A DNA stretch of 63,413 nucleotides, the filler included, from Neolecta irregularis DAH-3 (taxonomy: Eukaryota): NCBI GenBank assembly GCA_001929475.1. It is 9 parts of 9 records of this genome, joined end to end, with 100 filler letters (N's around TTAATTAATTAA, not from the genome) between each part and the next. Parts side by side here need not be neighbours in the genome. Positions count along the whole stretch, not along the records: positions 47,807 to 58,391 come from LXFE01003427.1; positions 58,492 to 61,427 come from LXFE01003428.1; positions 61,528 to 63,413 come from LXFE01003433.1; 6 more parts are not named here. One strand, written 5' to 3'. Shown here in pieces: positions 51,576-63,413 of this stretch. The translations under genes and the position numbers were made by a program. Below the pieces are notes generated by a model. It had not been told where the DNA came from. It did no database searches and saw nothing but the letters and a program-made list of their open reading frames with translations. Numbering within the stretch: the first letter of the stretch is position 1; every line of letters begins with the position of its first letter.

Positions 51576-53911
51576 ATGCTCCTCTGGCTATCAGTACCCT
51601 TAAGACAGCCTCACTGCCGCAATTCCTCTTTACTCAAATATTTGTATAGTACTTCTACAAATGATGCGCCGATTGAAAATATCCGAAACATTGGAATTAT
51701 AGCACATATAGATGCTGGGAAAACTACTACAACCGAACGGATGTTATACTACGGAGGATACACACGCCGAATCGGGGGTATCTTAAACTTACCATGTTGA
51801 TTTAATTCCTAGAGGTTGATCAAGGATCCACAGTAACTGATTACCTTCCTTCAGAGCGATCTCGCGGTATTACCATTCAATCTGCAGCAATAACATTTCC
51901 TTGGAGATCTCATCGAATCAACCTGGTTGATACGCCGGGACATGCAGACTTCACGTTTGAGGTTGAAAGATCTCTGAGAGTGTTGGATGGAGCTGTTACC
52001 ATTTTTGACGCGGTTGCAGGGGTCGAAGCTCAGACTGAGAAAGTATGGAGGCAATCGAGGAATCTCGCACGATTGGCATTCGTAAATAAGATGGATCGGG
52101 TCGGTGCGGGCTTTGGACGGACGGTTCGAGAAATTCGCTCGAGACTAGGTGCAAGGGGAGTGGTTATGCAACTTCCTGTGGTTAACAGGGAAACATTTGT
52201 GGGCGTCATCGAGGTGCTGGAAGAGCAAATACTAGTCTGGGAGGGAGGCGACGGGAGCCATGTTACGAGAACAAACCTAATGGATCACCTTGATCGGGAC
52301 CTGCGGGAAGAAGCGAGAAAGGCGAGAGAATCATTACTTGAAACGATTACAGAGCTAGATGGACAACTGATGAACAAATTTCTCGTACTGGATGATTTTT
52401 CCAAATTCTCAATGTCTGATATCAAGTCAGCCATCCGAAGGCTTACTATATCCAATTCGATTGTCCCGATATTCTGTGGCGCTGCATTTAAAAACATTGG
52501 AGTACAACCGTTGCTCGATGCAGTCATTGACTATTTGCCGAACCCGAAAGAATGCTTTCCGCCCATAATATATGACGCAGACGGTAAGCAGATCGCAAAT
52601 TTGGGGGAATCTTGTGCATTAGCGTTCAAGGTAATCCATGATTCGAAAAGGGGCATGATGGTATTTGTCCGCGTATACAACGGTATGGTATTATATAGAC
52701 CTCCCTGATTTCTAGGAACTTTAACGAGAGGTATGGTTCTTCAAAATACGACATCAAATACCAAGGAGAAAGTCACAAAACTTCTACGAATGTATGCATC
52801 TGATGCAGTCGAGATCCCTGAAATATCGACCGGTAATATCGGAGTTATCCTAGGGTTGAAAGAAACTTGCACAGGCGATACGTTAGTAGCCTCAAGAAAA
52901 CCATCTTCCATCAGGTTGCAAAACATTCCAGTTCCGCCCCCGGTGTTTATTTCCGTGATTGAACCTTTTTCCGCAAGCAACTCCAAAGATCTTGATATCG
53001 CTCTAGTAAATTTATTGAAAGAAGATCCAAGTCTAACTGTCTCACGAGACGAAGAGACTGGACAGATATTGCTATCAGGGATGGGCGAGTTGCATCTTGA
53101 GATTGCGCGGGATAGACTTGTCGATGAATATAAAGTTAAAGCCGATATTGGGAGACTGAGAATTGGCTATCGAGAGCAAGTAATCCAAGACAGCATTACA
53201 CAGATAAAGGTGGTCGATCGAGAAGTAGGTGGGAAAAGAGTAAGAGCGGGGATTTCGGCATCTGTTGGCTTAACGACTGGTTCAGGGATTCAAATAGATG
53301 GAAATGAGTTCGATCTGGAAATTCCAGTTGAGCTTCAATCGAATTTCAGCTACCAAGAGCTTCGAAATGCCATGCTTACCGGCGCTCAAGCAGGTCTCTT
53401 AAGAGGAAGTCTGATATCTCTTCCAATCTATTCTTCTCACATTAAATTATCAAATATTCAACTATTCCCTGAGTCAACACTAGGGGCGATTTCTTCAGCG
53501 GCGCGACTAGCAGTGTCTTCTGTAGTGTCTTCGACAGAAACCGTATTAATGGAACCGGTAATGTCTGTCAGCGTCATAGTCCCCGAAAGTTGTCTCGGCG
53601 GCGTGATCAAAGATATCAGTGGAACTCGAGGTGGACAGATCGAATGCTTTAATGATGCTACTGAAGAAACCAAGTTTGAACAATTTCATGCTTACACCCC
53701 TCCTGATCATACATGGAATGGGCAAGTTAAAGAGATGGGAAGACCTAGAGTCATCAAGGCAATTGTCCCGTTGAAAGAAATGGTGGGGTATTCAAAATTC
53801 CTTGGTGGCTTGGCTGCTGGGAGAGGATCATTCACGATGGTTCTTCATCAGTGGCAAAGGATGAGTAGAGAGAGAACTAAGTCTTGTTTAAAGGAGCTCC
53901 GAGGCTATTGA
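51576..53911 (+). CDS. MEF2: Mitochondrial ribosome-releasing factor EF-G2
   Basis: [69 protein letters not shown]. Confidence 0.93.
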
Positions 53912-54518
53912 ATGGGTAATCTTTCTGATTCTCTGACGCAAATGTTGTCTTGGCTGTGTTCTTATCGCCTCAGACAAAGGTAAGGCCGCCAATGGAAATT
54001 TGATGAGTCTTCTTTATGGAGCAAGCTCAAATCGGGGACCAAGAAGTCGTGTGAATACCTAGCGCTAAGGGGAGGTTTGATTTGTAACTAGTGGCAAGGG
54101 AGGTAGGCATGGGGTACGACATTGGCAAAGCAGTTCGAACCCTGCTCTTGGGCTAGTTACAAGCTTCATTGACGTAATTGGAATTTCCATTTGTCAGAAC
54201 GTAGATAACAAGGCGAATGGGCCCGGTTGGCTATAGCCACTGAACGTTCCGGAAATGTGTTGATATCCGCGCCTGTGAATTGCGTTCTTCGCTTGTAACA
54301 CGCAGGATGCAATTGTAGAGCTTTGCAGATTTAGAAGACTTGGATAAACCGAGAAAAACCCGATTATAAAGTTTCGCAATTTTCTAGTTTAGTGGGTTGA
54401 AACAGATTGTTCAGGGAGATTTGCCAGCGACATTCGCGCAATCCTGGAGTAAGAACTATACAACGAAAAAGAAACCCCATTCGTTCCCTCTAGCACAAAT
54501 ATCGGACCGCCGGAAACT

Positions 54519-56561
54519 ATGCGAGCTGCGTGCTCTGTTCTATTAACTGCATCCCAAAATTTCACGCATCGACCCCTTCATTTTTCGTCTCTTGTCATGA
54601 TCCTTCGTACTAAAACTACCACGTCGGCAAAATCGAAAACTCTCAGACACGTACCTGTCCCCTTCCCTACGACCCGGGAGGATAATATTTATATACTGGA
54701 AAAAGAGTTAGGGAAAAAGAATGTGAATATCTATTCGGTGATGGAATCATACGCGAGAGTTTATTCTGAGGGAAAAATAAAACAAGTTGCTCTTCGAAAT
54801 CAACTTTTTCCCTCCATAATCAAGGAACGTGCGAGAGCGGAAATCGAGAGGGAAGACAAAGAGATCCTGAGTTCGACATCTCTACTAGCTCATTTCGAAA
54901 GTGTAGATTCTCCCGGAGATGATTGCTACAATGCAGTTATGTGGTCCAACATTCTTCGCGGAAAGTATCATGAAGTATTTCATCTCTGGAAACGACGGAA
55001 TTTGCACGCGGTTAATACTCCCTTGCAGAATGGAGCGCCTTGGGACAGTGACGCTGTCGAGGTTGCCATATTCACCGCCTATCTCGCGCCCAAGTTCACA
55101 GAATTCGAACAAAAGGAATTTAAAAAGAGTGCTGAAGAGAAATCTGAAGAGAAACCTAGGGACAAACTTCAGTTTGAACCTGCCGATTTTGCCAAAGTTT
55201 TCAAGCCATCGAAACAGGGTCCCCGTTTTATGACGGTTAAGCAGATTCTCCAAGGAAAAGCTTTACCGAGAGGTCTGAAGGAGTTTGTTGTTGAACAGGC
55301 ACAACTACTCGAAAGTTATTATAATCTACTCGACACTGATGCACTCATTCCCCGTCTCAAGACTCATTTTAACTGCGGTCGCACTAAACATGTCGATTAT
55401 ATTTATTCCCTGATAAAAAGCAAAGAATTGCCATCTTCTGTCTACGCCTGTCTTATTTCTGGATATGTTGAAGCGGGAACACCATCCAAAGCCTCATCAG
55501 TCTGGAAAGATATCATCGATCTCGGAATAACGCCTGATGGCACGCTTTGGGATGCGCTTCTTGATGGAGCTGCAAATCTTCCCGATAAGACTGCTCTCGA
55601 ACAGACATGGACTAAGATGCTCAAGGCCGGCGTAGAACCTACCTGCATTACTTGTACCACTATGATCAAGGGTTGGTTTGCCTGTGGCGAAGTCAATGCT
55701 GCTCTGTCACTATTTCAGAAAATGAATGACAAGTCCTTCCATATCTCGCCTACTTCTTGGACTTGTAATATCGTTCTTAGCGGTCTCATAAAAAACAAAC
55801 GGATTGAACAAGCTATGAGCATGTTGGAAAGCGCTGAGAAGGTAGGGAATCGGTGGGACATTGTCGCTTATAATACTGTGCTTCAGGCTCTCTTGAGAAA
55901 GAATCGGAAGGACGATATTACCATTTTACTGAGACGGATGGCAAAGAACGGTATGAAGCCCGACATCGTCACGTTTACGACCGTACTCACTGGTTTATCC
56001 CACATACCCCCTGACAAGGAATCAATGAAAGCTCTTTTTGAGGGTATGTACAAAGCCGGTATCGAGCCCAACATTGTTACTTTTGGCGCAGTCATTAGCA
56101 AGCTCGTTGATGACAACCAAATGTTTCCTGCTCAACAAGTCCTCAATCACATGATTGCTACGAATATTAGACCGAATCTCATCATCCTGACGAAAATGAT
56201 CGAAGGGTATATGACCTGTGGCAAAACGGAATCTGCGCTTAAGCTTTTCAAGGGAGTTCGAGAATTAAAGATTGTCCCAGAACACGGAACATGGCATAGA
56301 TTGATCGACGGGTTTGGTAAACATGGGAATATTGATGAGATGATGACATATTATAACCTTATGAAGGCTTCCATTCCGCCTAATAGATTTACCTACTCCT
56401 ATGTTCTCAATCATTTAGTACAGTCGAGGAAATTAGGGCTAGCAGAATCAGTGCTGAAAGATATGAATACCGCCGGTTATGTTGTTGACAGTGCTGGATT
56501 GAAAGCCGCAGTGATGAGAGTGATGCTAGCTGGAGCCCGGGTACAAGTACGATTTTCATAG
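54519..56561 (+). CDS. Mitochondrial pentatricopeptide repeat protein
   Basis: Multiple 35-aa repeats (GMKPDIVTFTTVL, GIEPNIVTFGAVI); basic presequence-like N-terminus. Confidence 0.92.
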   Translation: MRAACSVLLTASQNFTHRPLHFSSLVMILRTKTTTSAKSKTLRHVPVPFPTTREDNIYILEKELGKKNVNIYSVMESYARVYSEGKIKQVALRNQLFPSIIKERARAEIEREDKEILSSTSLLAHFESVDSPGDDCYNAVMWSNILRGKYHEVFHLWKRRNLHAVNTPLQNGAPWDSDAVEVAIFTAYLAPKFTEFEQKEFKKSAEEKSEEKPRDKLQFEPADFAKVFKPSKQGPRFMTVKQILQGKALPRGLKEFVVEQAQLLESYYNLLDTDALIPRLKTHFNCGRTKHVDYIYSLIKSKELPSSVYACLISGYVEAGTPSKASSVWKDIIDLGITPDGTLWDALLDGAANLPDKTALEQTWTKMLKAGVEPTCITCTTMIKGWFACGEVNAALSLFQKMNDKSFHISPTSWTCNIVLSGLIKNKRIEQAMSMLESAEKVGNRWDIVAYNTVLQALLRKNRKDDITILLRRMAKNGMKPDIVTFTTVLTGLSHIPPDKESMKALFEGMYKAGIEPNIVTFGAVISKLVDDNQMFPAQQVLNHMIATNIRPNLIILTKMIEGYMTCGKTESALKLFKGVRELKIVPEHGTWHRLIDGFGKHGNIDEMMTYYNLMKASIPPNRFTYSYVLNHLVQSRKLGLAESVLKDMNTAGYVVDSAGLKAAVMRVMLAGARVQVRFS

Positions 56562-56607
56562 GATATATTTGGTATTTTATAGCAATCTGGTGTTACATAA
56601 TGTATGC

Positions 56608-57418
56608 TCATTTCTTTTGAGCGTTTTTGATATCCTGATATCGACGTTCTTCTGTCCTTTTAAGAAAATCTTGCTTCTCCATATATCCATCCTTATTATG
56701 CTGCTTCAGATCGCTAGATATACCCTCGCGATCTACGAATCCTGCCCAATCAAGCTTTGACTTCTCCAGAGTATTTAGTTTGGGGACCTTTTTCTTCGCA
56801 GAAGCAGCTTCAATTGCAGACTGGCGTTTCTTTGGAGGGGCTCTTTTAGAAACCGGGTTAATTTTGGGTTCCTCCAGTGAGTTAAGATAGGATCTTGCCT
56901 CCTCGGAGTCTTTGCGCACAACCTTCTCTTCGCTATTCATAAATGGGAGATGCGGCTCAATGAAGCATACCTGTGAGTCTTTCCAGCAAATTCATATGTT
57001 CTTCTTATAGTGATTGTTTCGTCAAGGTTAACTATCGGTTTTTTGTTGGGGTTCTTGGACTCTTCATTCAGTTGTTTCCAAATGAGATCGACATCTGCTT
57101 TTATGACAGGCAACGGTGTCTCTTTTTCTGATTCCCTGTGGCTATCGATAAGACTAACTTCTGAATGAGAATACTGCAACTTACTCTCCTCCGACGGTAT
57201 CCCTTTTCCTCTTTCCATTTATGATTGCTCTCTCCGCGATCGTTATTTCATCACCAGAATCCTGGTCGTCGGATTTCCCTTCTTCAGAGACGTCTATTGG
57301 TCATGACTTGTGATACATTTGAAGCAAGATGTTTACATCCGGCTTCCGGCCGAAAGTCTCCATCCTCCGATTCGGGTTCACTTTCAGCCCCAAGTTCATC
57401 TGGCGCACGTGGCGTCAT
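56608..57418 (-). CDS. SWC5: SWR1 complex subunit Swc5 (BCNT domain)
   Basis: Acidic N-terminus with EDGDF, ITIRRTYEFAG, KLNTLEKSKLDWAGFVDREGI..HNKDGYMEKQDFL. Confidence 0.92.
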
Positions 57419-57761
57419 TCCCAGTCCCGCGTGGCCGGAGTTGTCAATACGAAGAAGGTTTGTGATATAAGTCAAAAAGGCAGGGAACCCAATACTGGTC
57501 GCTTTGGGATTTTGGGCGGCCGGTCATAACCACCGACCACAACCATTTCCCGATGCAGCAGTCTTTGACCTTTGGCACTGGAACGAATCGTCCGGTTGCG
57601 GATCGGCTGGTAAAATACACGAAAGCCAGAGCTGGTGACCCGGATCTAATCTTTGGCGGTATTCCAATACATGGCGTAAATAAAATCCCATGGTCCTGCC
57701 GATCAAACTGGCATAATTTCGGTATCGCATCCGATCTTTCATACCGACCACACTCCTCAAC

Positions 57762-58391
57762 ATGCTTGACGCTAGTGCTACTCGCCCTCCTCGACGACAC
57801 AGTATTCTTGACCCGTCGGTTCGCACTCCGCGACCGGAGGACGAAGAAGAAGCCCCGAAGCGACGCAACGTCCCCACCCAGGAGCTTTTTTCTGCCAAAG
57901 ACACTAATGTATTGCCCGAATTCTCGGCTGTAGAGTCTCCTGTGTCTGTCGAATTGCGGACCAATATCAAAGTATCCAAGTTTTGCTCTATCTACTTACC
58001 AACCCAGATCCCGGATCCGATTACATTCGCCCAACTGCTCACTACTTACTTTGCCACTCGCTTTGGGCGATCGGAAGATCAGGTAGGTCTTACTATTGAA
58101 CACGGGAAACTCCTCATGATCGGAGGGTCAATGAAGCCTGGTATCTGTCTCTACAAACCACAGCCACTGATCCGCAGCTTATTTTCTTAATATCACGTCT
58201 CTCTCAATGTTAACTCCCAGCCATAATCGTCGACACGCTGCAAGCATCTCCAAATGGCTTGAGACAAACCTTGGCGTCCAGCAAAGTCGCGGATTTATCC
58301 GATTCTTAGATCCTGGAAAAGCCAACTATGCCAGCGGCGGTTTCACTTTTGCGCCAGGCCCGATTGGCAGTTGTTCTGTTGACGAAGACAG
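57762..58391 (+). CDS. Fungal MIF/tautomerase-domain protein, 3' truncated; start uncertain
   Basis: VELRTNIK, RFGRSEDQV..HGKLLMIGGSMKPAY, NRRHAA..LGVQQSRGFIRF..NYASGGFT. Confidence 0.75.
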
Positions 58392-58491
58392 NNNNNNNNN
58401 NNNNNNNNNNNNNNNNNNNNNNNNNNNNNNNNNNNTTAATTAATTAANNNNNNNNNNNNNNNNNNNNNNNNNNNNNNNNNNNNNNNNNNNN

Positions 58492-58548
58492 ACCGGGCCG
58501 GACCCTCAGAAAAGCCCAGGGGCCGGGTTTGGCCCATCCCCAACACTG
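58492..58548 (-). mobile_element. Third CAGTGTTG-type terminus, at a contig edge
   Basis: ggcccatccccaacactg. Confidence 0.55.
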
Positions 58549-58640
58549 TCAGTAAAACAGCGTCATCTTTCAAATATATTGCCATTTGCAGTTCTACAAT
58601 ACATCAGCTCTACTGAAAAACGACGATCCGAGTTTTTCAT

Positions 58641-60283
58641 CTACGCGTAAACACTGAGATTTCCATTTTCATGCTGAACGACCAAAGTCTCTGCACGAGG
58701 ACCCCAAGCAATCGCCCCAGTCTTTTCATTCAAACTCGCGAGTTCAGACCATTCTTTGGTAGTCTTTTTATAGTGCATAATCTTGACACCCGTAGATCCT
58801 GCCAAAGCAAGATACTGGGCACTGCCATCCCAGCATAGGGAATTGACAACACCGTGGCCACCTTCAATGGTAAGAACCTGAGATCCGTTTCGCAGATCCC
58901 AGAGACGGACAGCTTCCTCACAGGATGAACTGGCTGCTGCCCAGTACCCGTTCTGAGAGAAATCAATTGCTGTGATTTTACCCGAATAGGGACCAAAAGC
59001 TCGAGCTTCCTTACCTGATCGAATGTCAAAAACCCTAAACTGGGAATCAGAGGTTCCGATCCCGAGAAGATGGCCATCAGGATGGAATTTTACGCAGGTG
59101 AGATCTGCTGAATTAGTAAACTTGTATATTAGATCAGTTACCGTATGGTGTGTCGAATTTTGCCACGGTTGCGCTAGAGGGCACATCATGGACAGCCCAA
59201 GCTTTATCTTCGCCAACAGAAACGATCAGTTCTCCACTTGGATGAGAAGCAATAGCAATCACAGCGCCAGTATGCGCAGAAAACTGTGTTTTTTCAGTGG
59301 TATCTTGCCAAAGTCGAATAGTCCCATCAACACCGGCAGTGACTGCGGTTTCCGCGACCCACAACGCAGCTGTAACTAGGCCTTCGTGACCAACCAGTTT
59401 TGACGTAGTATTTTCGGATATACTGTAGATTGAAGGATTTTTGCCGGCGATGACTACTCGATCCCCGGAATCGTCTACGGCAATGGATCTAGAGTGCGAG
59501 GAAATCAATCGATGGGTAATTTTTGTTCCTGAGAATTCCGAAACCTTCTCGGGTGTAGCCCAGTCTCCGGGAACCTTTCTCTTTCTTCGAGCAGATGACA
59601 ATCTATTGAAAAATGAGATATTATACCCGCGGTGGGAAAAAAATACTCTTCGAGCGTTTTATTAACTTTTTCGACGATGAAAGGAGGTAATCCCTCCTGA
59701 GAATCCACATCCATTTTTTCGCCTTCCTTTGCATTGTTTGCAGCGGAAAGAGATCCGTTTGCAAAGTTGGCACTGATTTTTGATAGCGCGTCTCTGGCTT
59801 CATCTCGTTCTTTCATCAAGCGAGCTACGACTCGACATGCTGCATCGTGTTGGTACAGGGCGGTACTTAATTCTTGGCGAGTTTGATTGAGTTGTTGTTT
59901 TAGCGTGAATGTTTCGAGAGCGAGTGCGTCCCATTCGGTTTGGAAGACGGAGAGTAATGAAGGCAGTGAAGTCAAATTAGGCGGACGGGGCCGAACGATT
60001 TTTGAGGCTTGGTGATTAGAGATTGTTGCTACTTTTAAAAATACTCTTGAGTTCAATAATATCATCGACAGTCATTTCTTCGGCCGACACAGGATCTTTT
60101 CCATGTTCGGCGATATACGACTCGAGAAGTCGTCTTTCAAAGAGATTACCTAAACGTCAGCCATATGGTTTGAGGCAACCGTACAGCTTTTTTTGGAGAC
60201 GACTGGGGTTTCTGGTATTTCTCCAGAGACTAGGACGTTAGTGGTAGAAATCGATTAAGGATCCGGGTACTTGCGCAGTTCAT
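58641..60283 (-). CDS. PRP19: Pre-mRNA splicing factor Prp19 (U-box, coiled coil, WD40)
   Basis: MNCAISGE, VRPRPPNLTSLPSLLSVFQTEWDA, RQELSTALYQHDAACRVVARL, FHPDGHL. Confidence 0.97.
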
Positions 60284-60444
60284 TTGAGGGAGAGCGGAGT
60301 TGGAGAAACGTTGCCAGAATTGTCAGTGATCCAATTCACCAAATAAAAATTCAGTTTTATACAGTGGCGATGGGTATATATATGGAATGTTGTCTAAAGT
60401 AAATCCGATGTATATGGAGCTGTGTAGGTGACGAATATACAGCA

Positions 60445-60875
60445 TCATTCATTATCATTATCAAATGCAAGCTTGACCTTGGGTTTGACTTTAGTCTTTT
60501 TTGTAGACTTGTCTTTGGAGTTTTCGTCATTGATATTTGATCCAGTCTTTATAGCTTTTGGTCGTTTCTTGAACCCGACAGTAGCTTCGGCATGCTTTAT
60601 TGGGATTGTCCGAAATTCGTTCGTCGAGGGAGTTGCGGAAGCAATTTTATCGCAAATAGGGTCATCTTGATGTTTTAGATCGACCACTAATGGTGCGTCG
60701 TCTTCGTCATGGACTTTTGCACGTTTGTGACGAAAGTCTTGTGAGCCTGGAACAGCTTGTTTGCCTGCACGCAGACGCTTGAGAAATGCAGGTTCATCTT
60801 GTTCTTGGATCAGACTTGAAACCTATGTGGAGAGTCACGATAGGCGAGGTTTCGGGGGTTGTCTCTCCCGGCCAT
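60445..60875 (-). CDS. DUF4604 family protein
   Basis: NLAY|QQDEPAFLKRLR, DEDDAPLVVD, KVKLAF. Confidence 0.8.
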
Positions 60876-61527
60876 GTATAGAGCCCCGTGATGGTTCGAT
60901 ATCGGGAATACACGGAACTGGGGAAATATGGTGGTTAGTTATGCACCCGGGAAACACCGTGATTAAAAAGACGACTCAACACCTAAAAAAGCCGACTTTG
61001 TAACACGGACAGGTTTCTTGTCTGTTGTCACGCGTCTATGAGCTTTGAGCAGCAGACACAGACCGAGTTGTGCGCCTACATTGACGGTCTTTTTCCCGGC
61101 GGTGCACTGGTTTGCGTGTTTAGAAAAAAAAGGGCGCAGACGGGTTTGCAGCGTGCAATTGATGCGGCAGACCGAGCGAAACCCGACATTGTATATATGA
61201 ATAAAAGAAAACCAAATCCAATAAATCTGCTTTAACTATGACGAGAATAAATCTCCACTCGAGGTCGTGCTTGCGCTACCGGAGAAGCGAGCTTAGGGCT
61301 AATCCCATCTGTGGGGACACAGCTTTACACCACCGTTGCAACCCCCACCAGCTTGCCACCACCATCGCCCAATCATCGAAAGGAGCACAGAGAGCAGCAA
61401 GGGCCGCAGCTCATCCCAGTCAGGCCGNNNNNNNNNNNNNNNNNNNNNNNNNNNNNNNNNNNNNNNNNNNNTTAATTAATTAANNNNNNNNNNNNNNNNN
61501 NNNNNNNNNNNNNNNNNNNNNNNNNNN

Positions 61528-61645
61528 CCGCCGTTAATTTCGGCTTGGTATTCTTGAATCAGGCCCAACGCTTCTTCTTTAGTCCGAGTGATGGCAATTG
61601 ATATATTATCGGCTCCAGCAATGGAGGCTTCTACTGAGAGGCTAT
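61528..61645 (-). other. Parvulin (Pin1/Ess1)-like coding fragment at a contig edge
   Basis: ITRTKEEALGLIQEYQAEING resembles the Pin1 ITRTKEEALELI helix; only about 25 informative residues. Confidence 0.4.
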
Positions 61646-62049
61646 TTTCATCAGCTTAGTTGAATTTACAGATCGGCGGAATAGGCTCCTGGCAGATACG
61701 GGCGAGATGCTTCAATGCATCAAATCATGGGAGAAAAATATATTATACAGTTGGCTAAACTACCGAGATGAAACCAGCCCTTAATTATAGCTGCTAGCAG
61801 CGGGCTGGTATCAGATGGAAATAGCACAAAGTAAAAAGGAGAGATAAACGGAATTAGAAAGACAAAGGAATAAACCTGGGAGCGGCAGAAAGCTGCACAG
61901 CAGTTACCAGCCTGCCCAGAAACAGAGATAGATAGTTTAATTGAAATACAAAAGGGAAAGGACGGGTGAGTGGTTTGGGGGACGTAGAATTGAAATTTCG
62001 TATGGCGGTCAATATCTCTTCAGCGGTGCCACAGTCTTAATACTGAATT

Positions 62050-62824
62050 TCATGTGCGCCTAAAACATCAGTTGACTTTTAAATCCCAACTAACCCTATG
62101 AACTTAATCCTGTAGTACGCAACAGCGACGAAAGTTCGTTCATTATGATATGTTATTGGTGCAAGGTTCACAACTACTCCTTGATTAAATAGGTAGCACT
62201 TTTTACTGTCTTTCCCCTCCCCATCAACTACCAGAAGGAAAGAACCACAGCAAGCTTTCTTGTAGCAGTGTTCAGCACAGGTTTCGTATTCCGTTTTGGA
62301 ACCGACATTGAGAGAGAAAGTAAGATATGGTTGCACTTGTTCGGGATCTAGTTCCGTGTAGGGCATCGGATCTTTATCAAATTGATCAAGATACAAAGAA
62401 GTAGACTCAATAGGTGTCTAAAACATCAGATGACTTTTAGATCCCAACTAACCCTAACCCTAATCCTGTAGTACCCATGCGTTTCGAAAGACGATATATC
62501 ATCCGGTGTCGCTGGCGTAAGATTCACAACGGATCCTTGAGTAAAAAGGTAACACAATTGATACTTGACCCGGTCCTCTACCAGGCCCCATTCCTTTGCC
62601 AGAAGGAAAGAACCACATGAAAGGTCCTTGATGCAGTGTTCAGCACAGGCTTCTCTACATCGTGGAAGTTTGTAACGGACATCGAGAGGGATAATATGAG
62701 ACGGTTGCAAGAGTTGGGGATCTACTATGCTGCGGCTCCTCGGATCCATATCAAATTCGTCAAGATACGCTGTTGCAAAGGAAACCTTTCCACACAAGGC
62801 GATGAACAAAAATATCGACAACAT
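62050..62824 (-). CDS. Secreted protein with two PAN/Apple-like domains (exon duplication), about 234 aa
   Basis: MLSIFLFIALCGKVSFA signal; intron 62418-62452 joins the two ORFs in frame; homologous intron 62060-62094; both domains have YLD.FD.DP..CAEHC..CGSFLL..CYLF.QG.VVNL. Confidence 0.8.
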
Positions 62825-62991
62825 GGTTCGCGATAAATTGAAAAGGTTTTAGGGCGGGCACCTGCGGTTAAATAATACTTTAAAGAGCAAATGGCTGACT
62901 CTTCTTCCATCAAATTGCTTCTGAATGCGGGCATGGCAGTCCAAATGCTTCTGAATGCGGGCATTGCAGTTGGAATATTCTATTTGCGGCT

Positions 62992-63174
62992 TGTGGCACC
63001 GCTGACCAGATATTGACTGCCACACCAAATATCAACTCAAAGTCCGTCAACCCACTCACCTGTCCATTTTCCTCTTTGACCGGATCCAGGATGATGATGG
63101 TGGATATTTCCTTCTTTTATCTCAGTAATCTATTTTATCTCTACTTCCGGGGAGGCTGGTACGCTGCTGTGCAG
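62992..63174 (+). repeat. Inverted repeat partner of 61893-62033, flanking the two-PAN gene
   Basis: tgtggcaccgctga..agatattgac.gcca..ccactcacc.gtcc..aggctggta..ctgctgtgcag present on opposite strands. Confidence 0.85.
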
Positions 63175-63178
63175 TCAC

Positions 63179-63250
63179 TTGGCAATTGGATGAAGAACGT
63201 AAACCTCGGCAATTGGATGAATAAACGAACCCTTGGCAATTTGATGAAAT
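63179..63250 (+). repeat. Three about 28-bp tandem units (GGCAATTGGATGAA...)
   Basis: Direct inspection. Confidence 0.7.
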
Positions 63251-63413
63251 ATGGAATAATCCACTGGAAACATCCCAATCCCAATCATCCAAGTTATGTC
63301 CTATTTAAACTATCATATCCGTCAACCAGTTCTATAGTCAGAAACTACCTCGCTCAAAAATACCGTAGAATCAAATGGACTCCACTTTGCGTGAATACAG
63401 GTCCACTCATTTC

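Noticed and set aside
61038-61427. Short ORFs at a contig end
   Set aside because: No recognisable motif or splice support
62448-62463. TTAGGG-like repeats
   Set aside because: Only about 2.5 units at an exon-intron border; not a telomere

Overview
Eukaryotic (fungal, ascomycete) genomic DNA from a draft assembly. Contigs are joined by N-TTAATTAATTAA-N linkers at about 26773, 37573, 40865, 44533, 45879, 47751, 58436 and 61472. The window is gene-dense, with very short (about 31-50 nt) introns, degenerate donors and several GC-AG introns. This style plus NoxB and RO10 suggests an early-diverging ascomycete such as Neolecta (inference only). Housekeeping genes include SHO1, an AVT transporter, a Cid1/Cid13-family nucleotidyltransferase, RO10, a DUF4185-like protein, a kinesin, NoxB, a flavin reductase, RVB2, NDUFB10, NAS6, CMC4, DUF726, SUR7, NIT3, UTP4, a KTR mannosyltransferase, a Cu-only SOD, tRNA-Asp, XLF, MEF2, a PPR protein, SWC5, a MIF-like protein, PRP19 and DUF4604. 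The main discovery candidate is a dispersed family of secreted proteins at four loci (23k, 26.8k, 36k, 62k), three of them next to transposon-like relics. Each has a near-identical signal peptide and a PAN/Apple-like Cys domain. At the three complete loci a conserved short intron joins this module to different C-terminal exons, and an AAATGGCTGACTC ('MADS') upstream repeat is present. The two closest copies differ only in amino-acid-changing codons. Together this resembles a polymorphic effector/toxin system.
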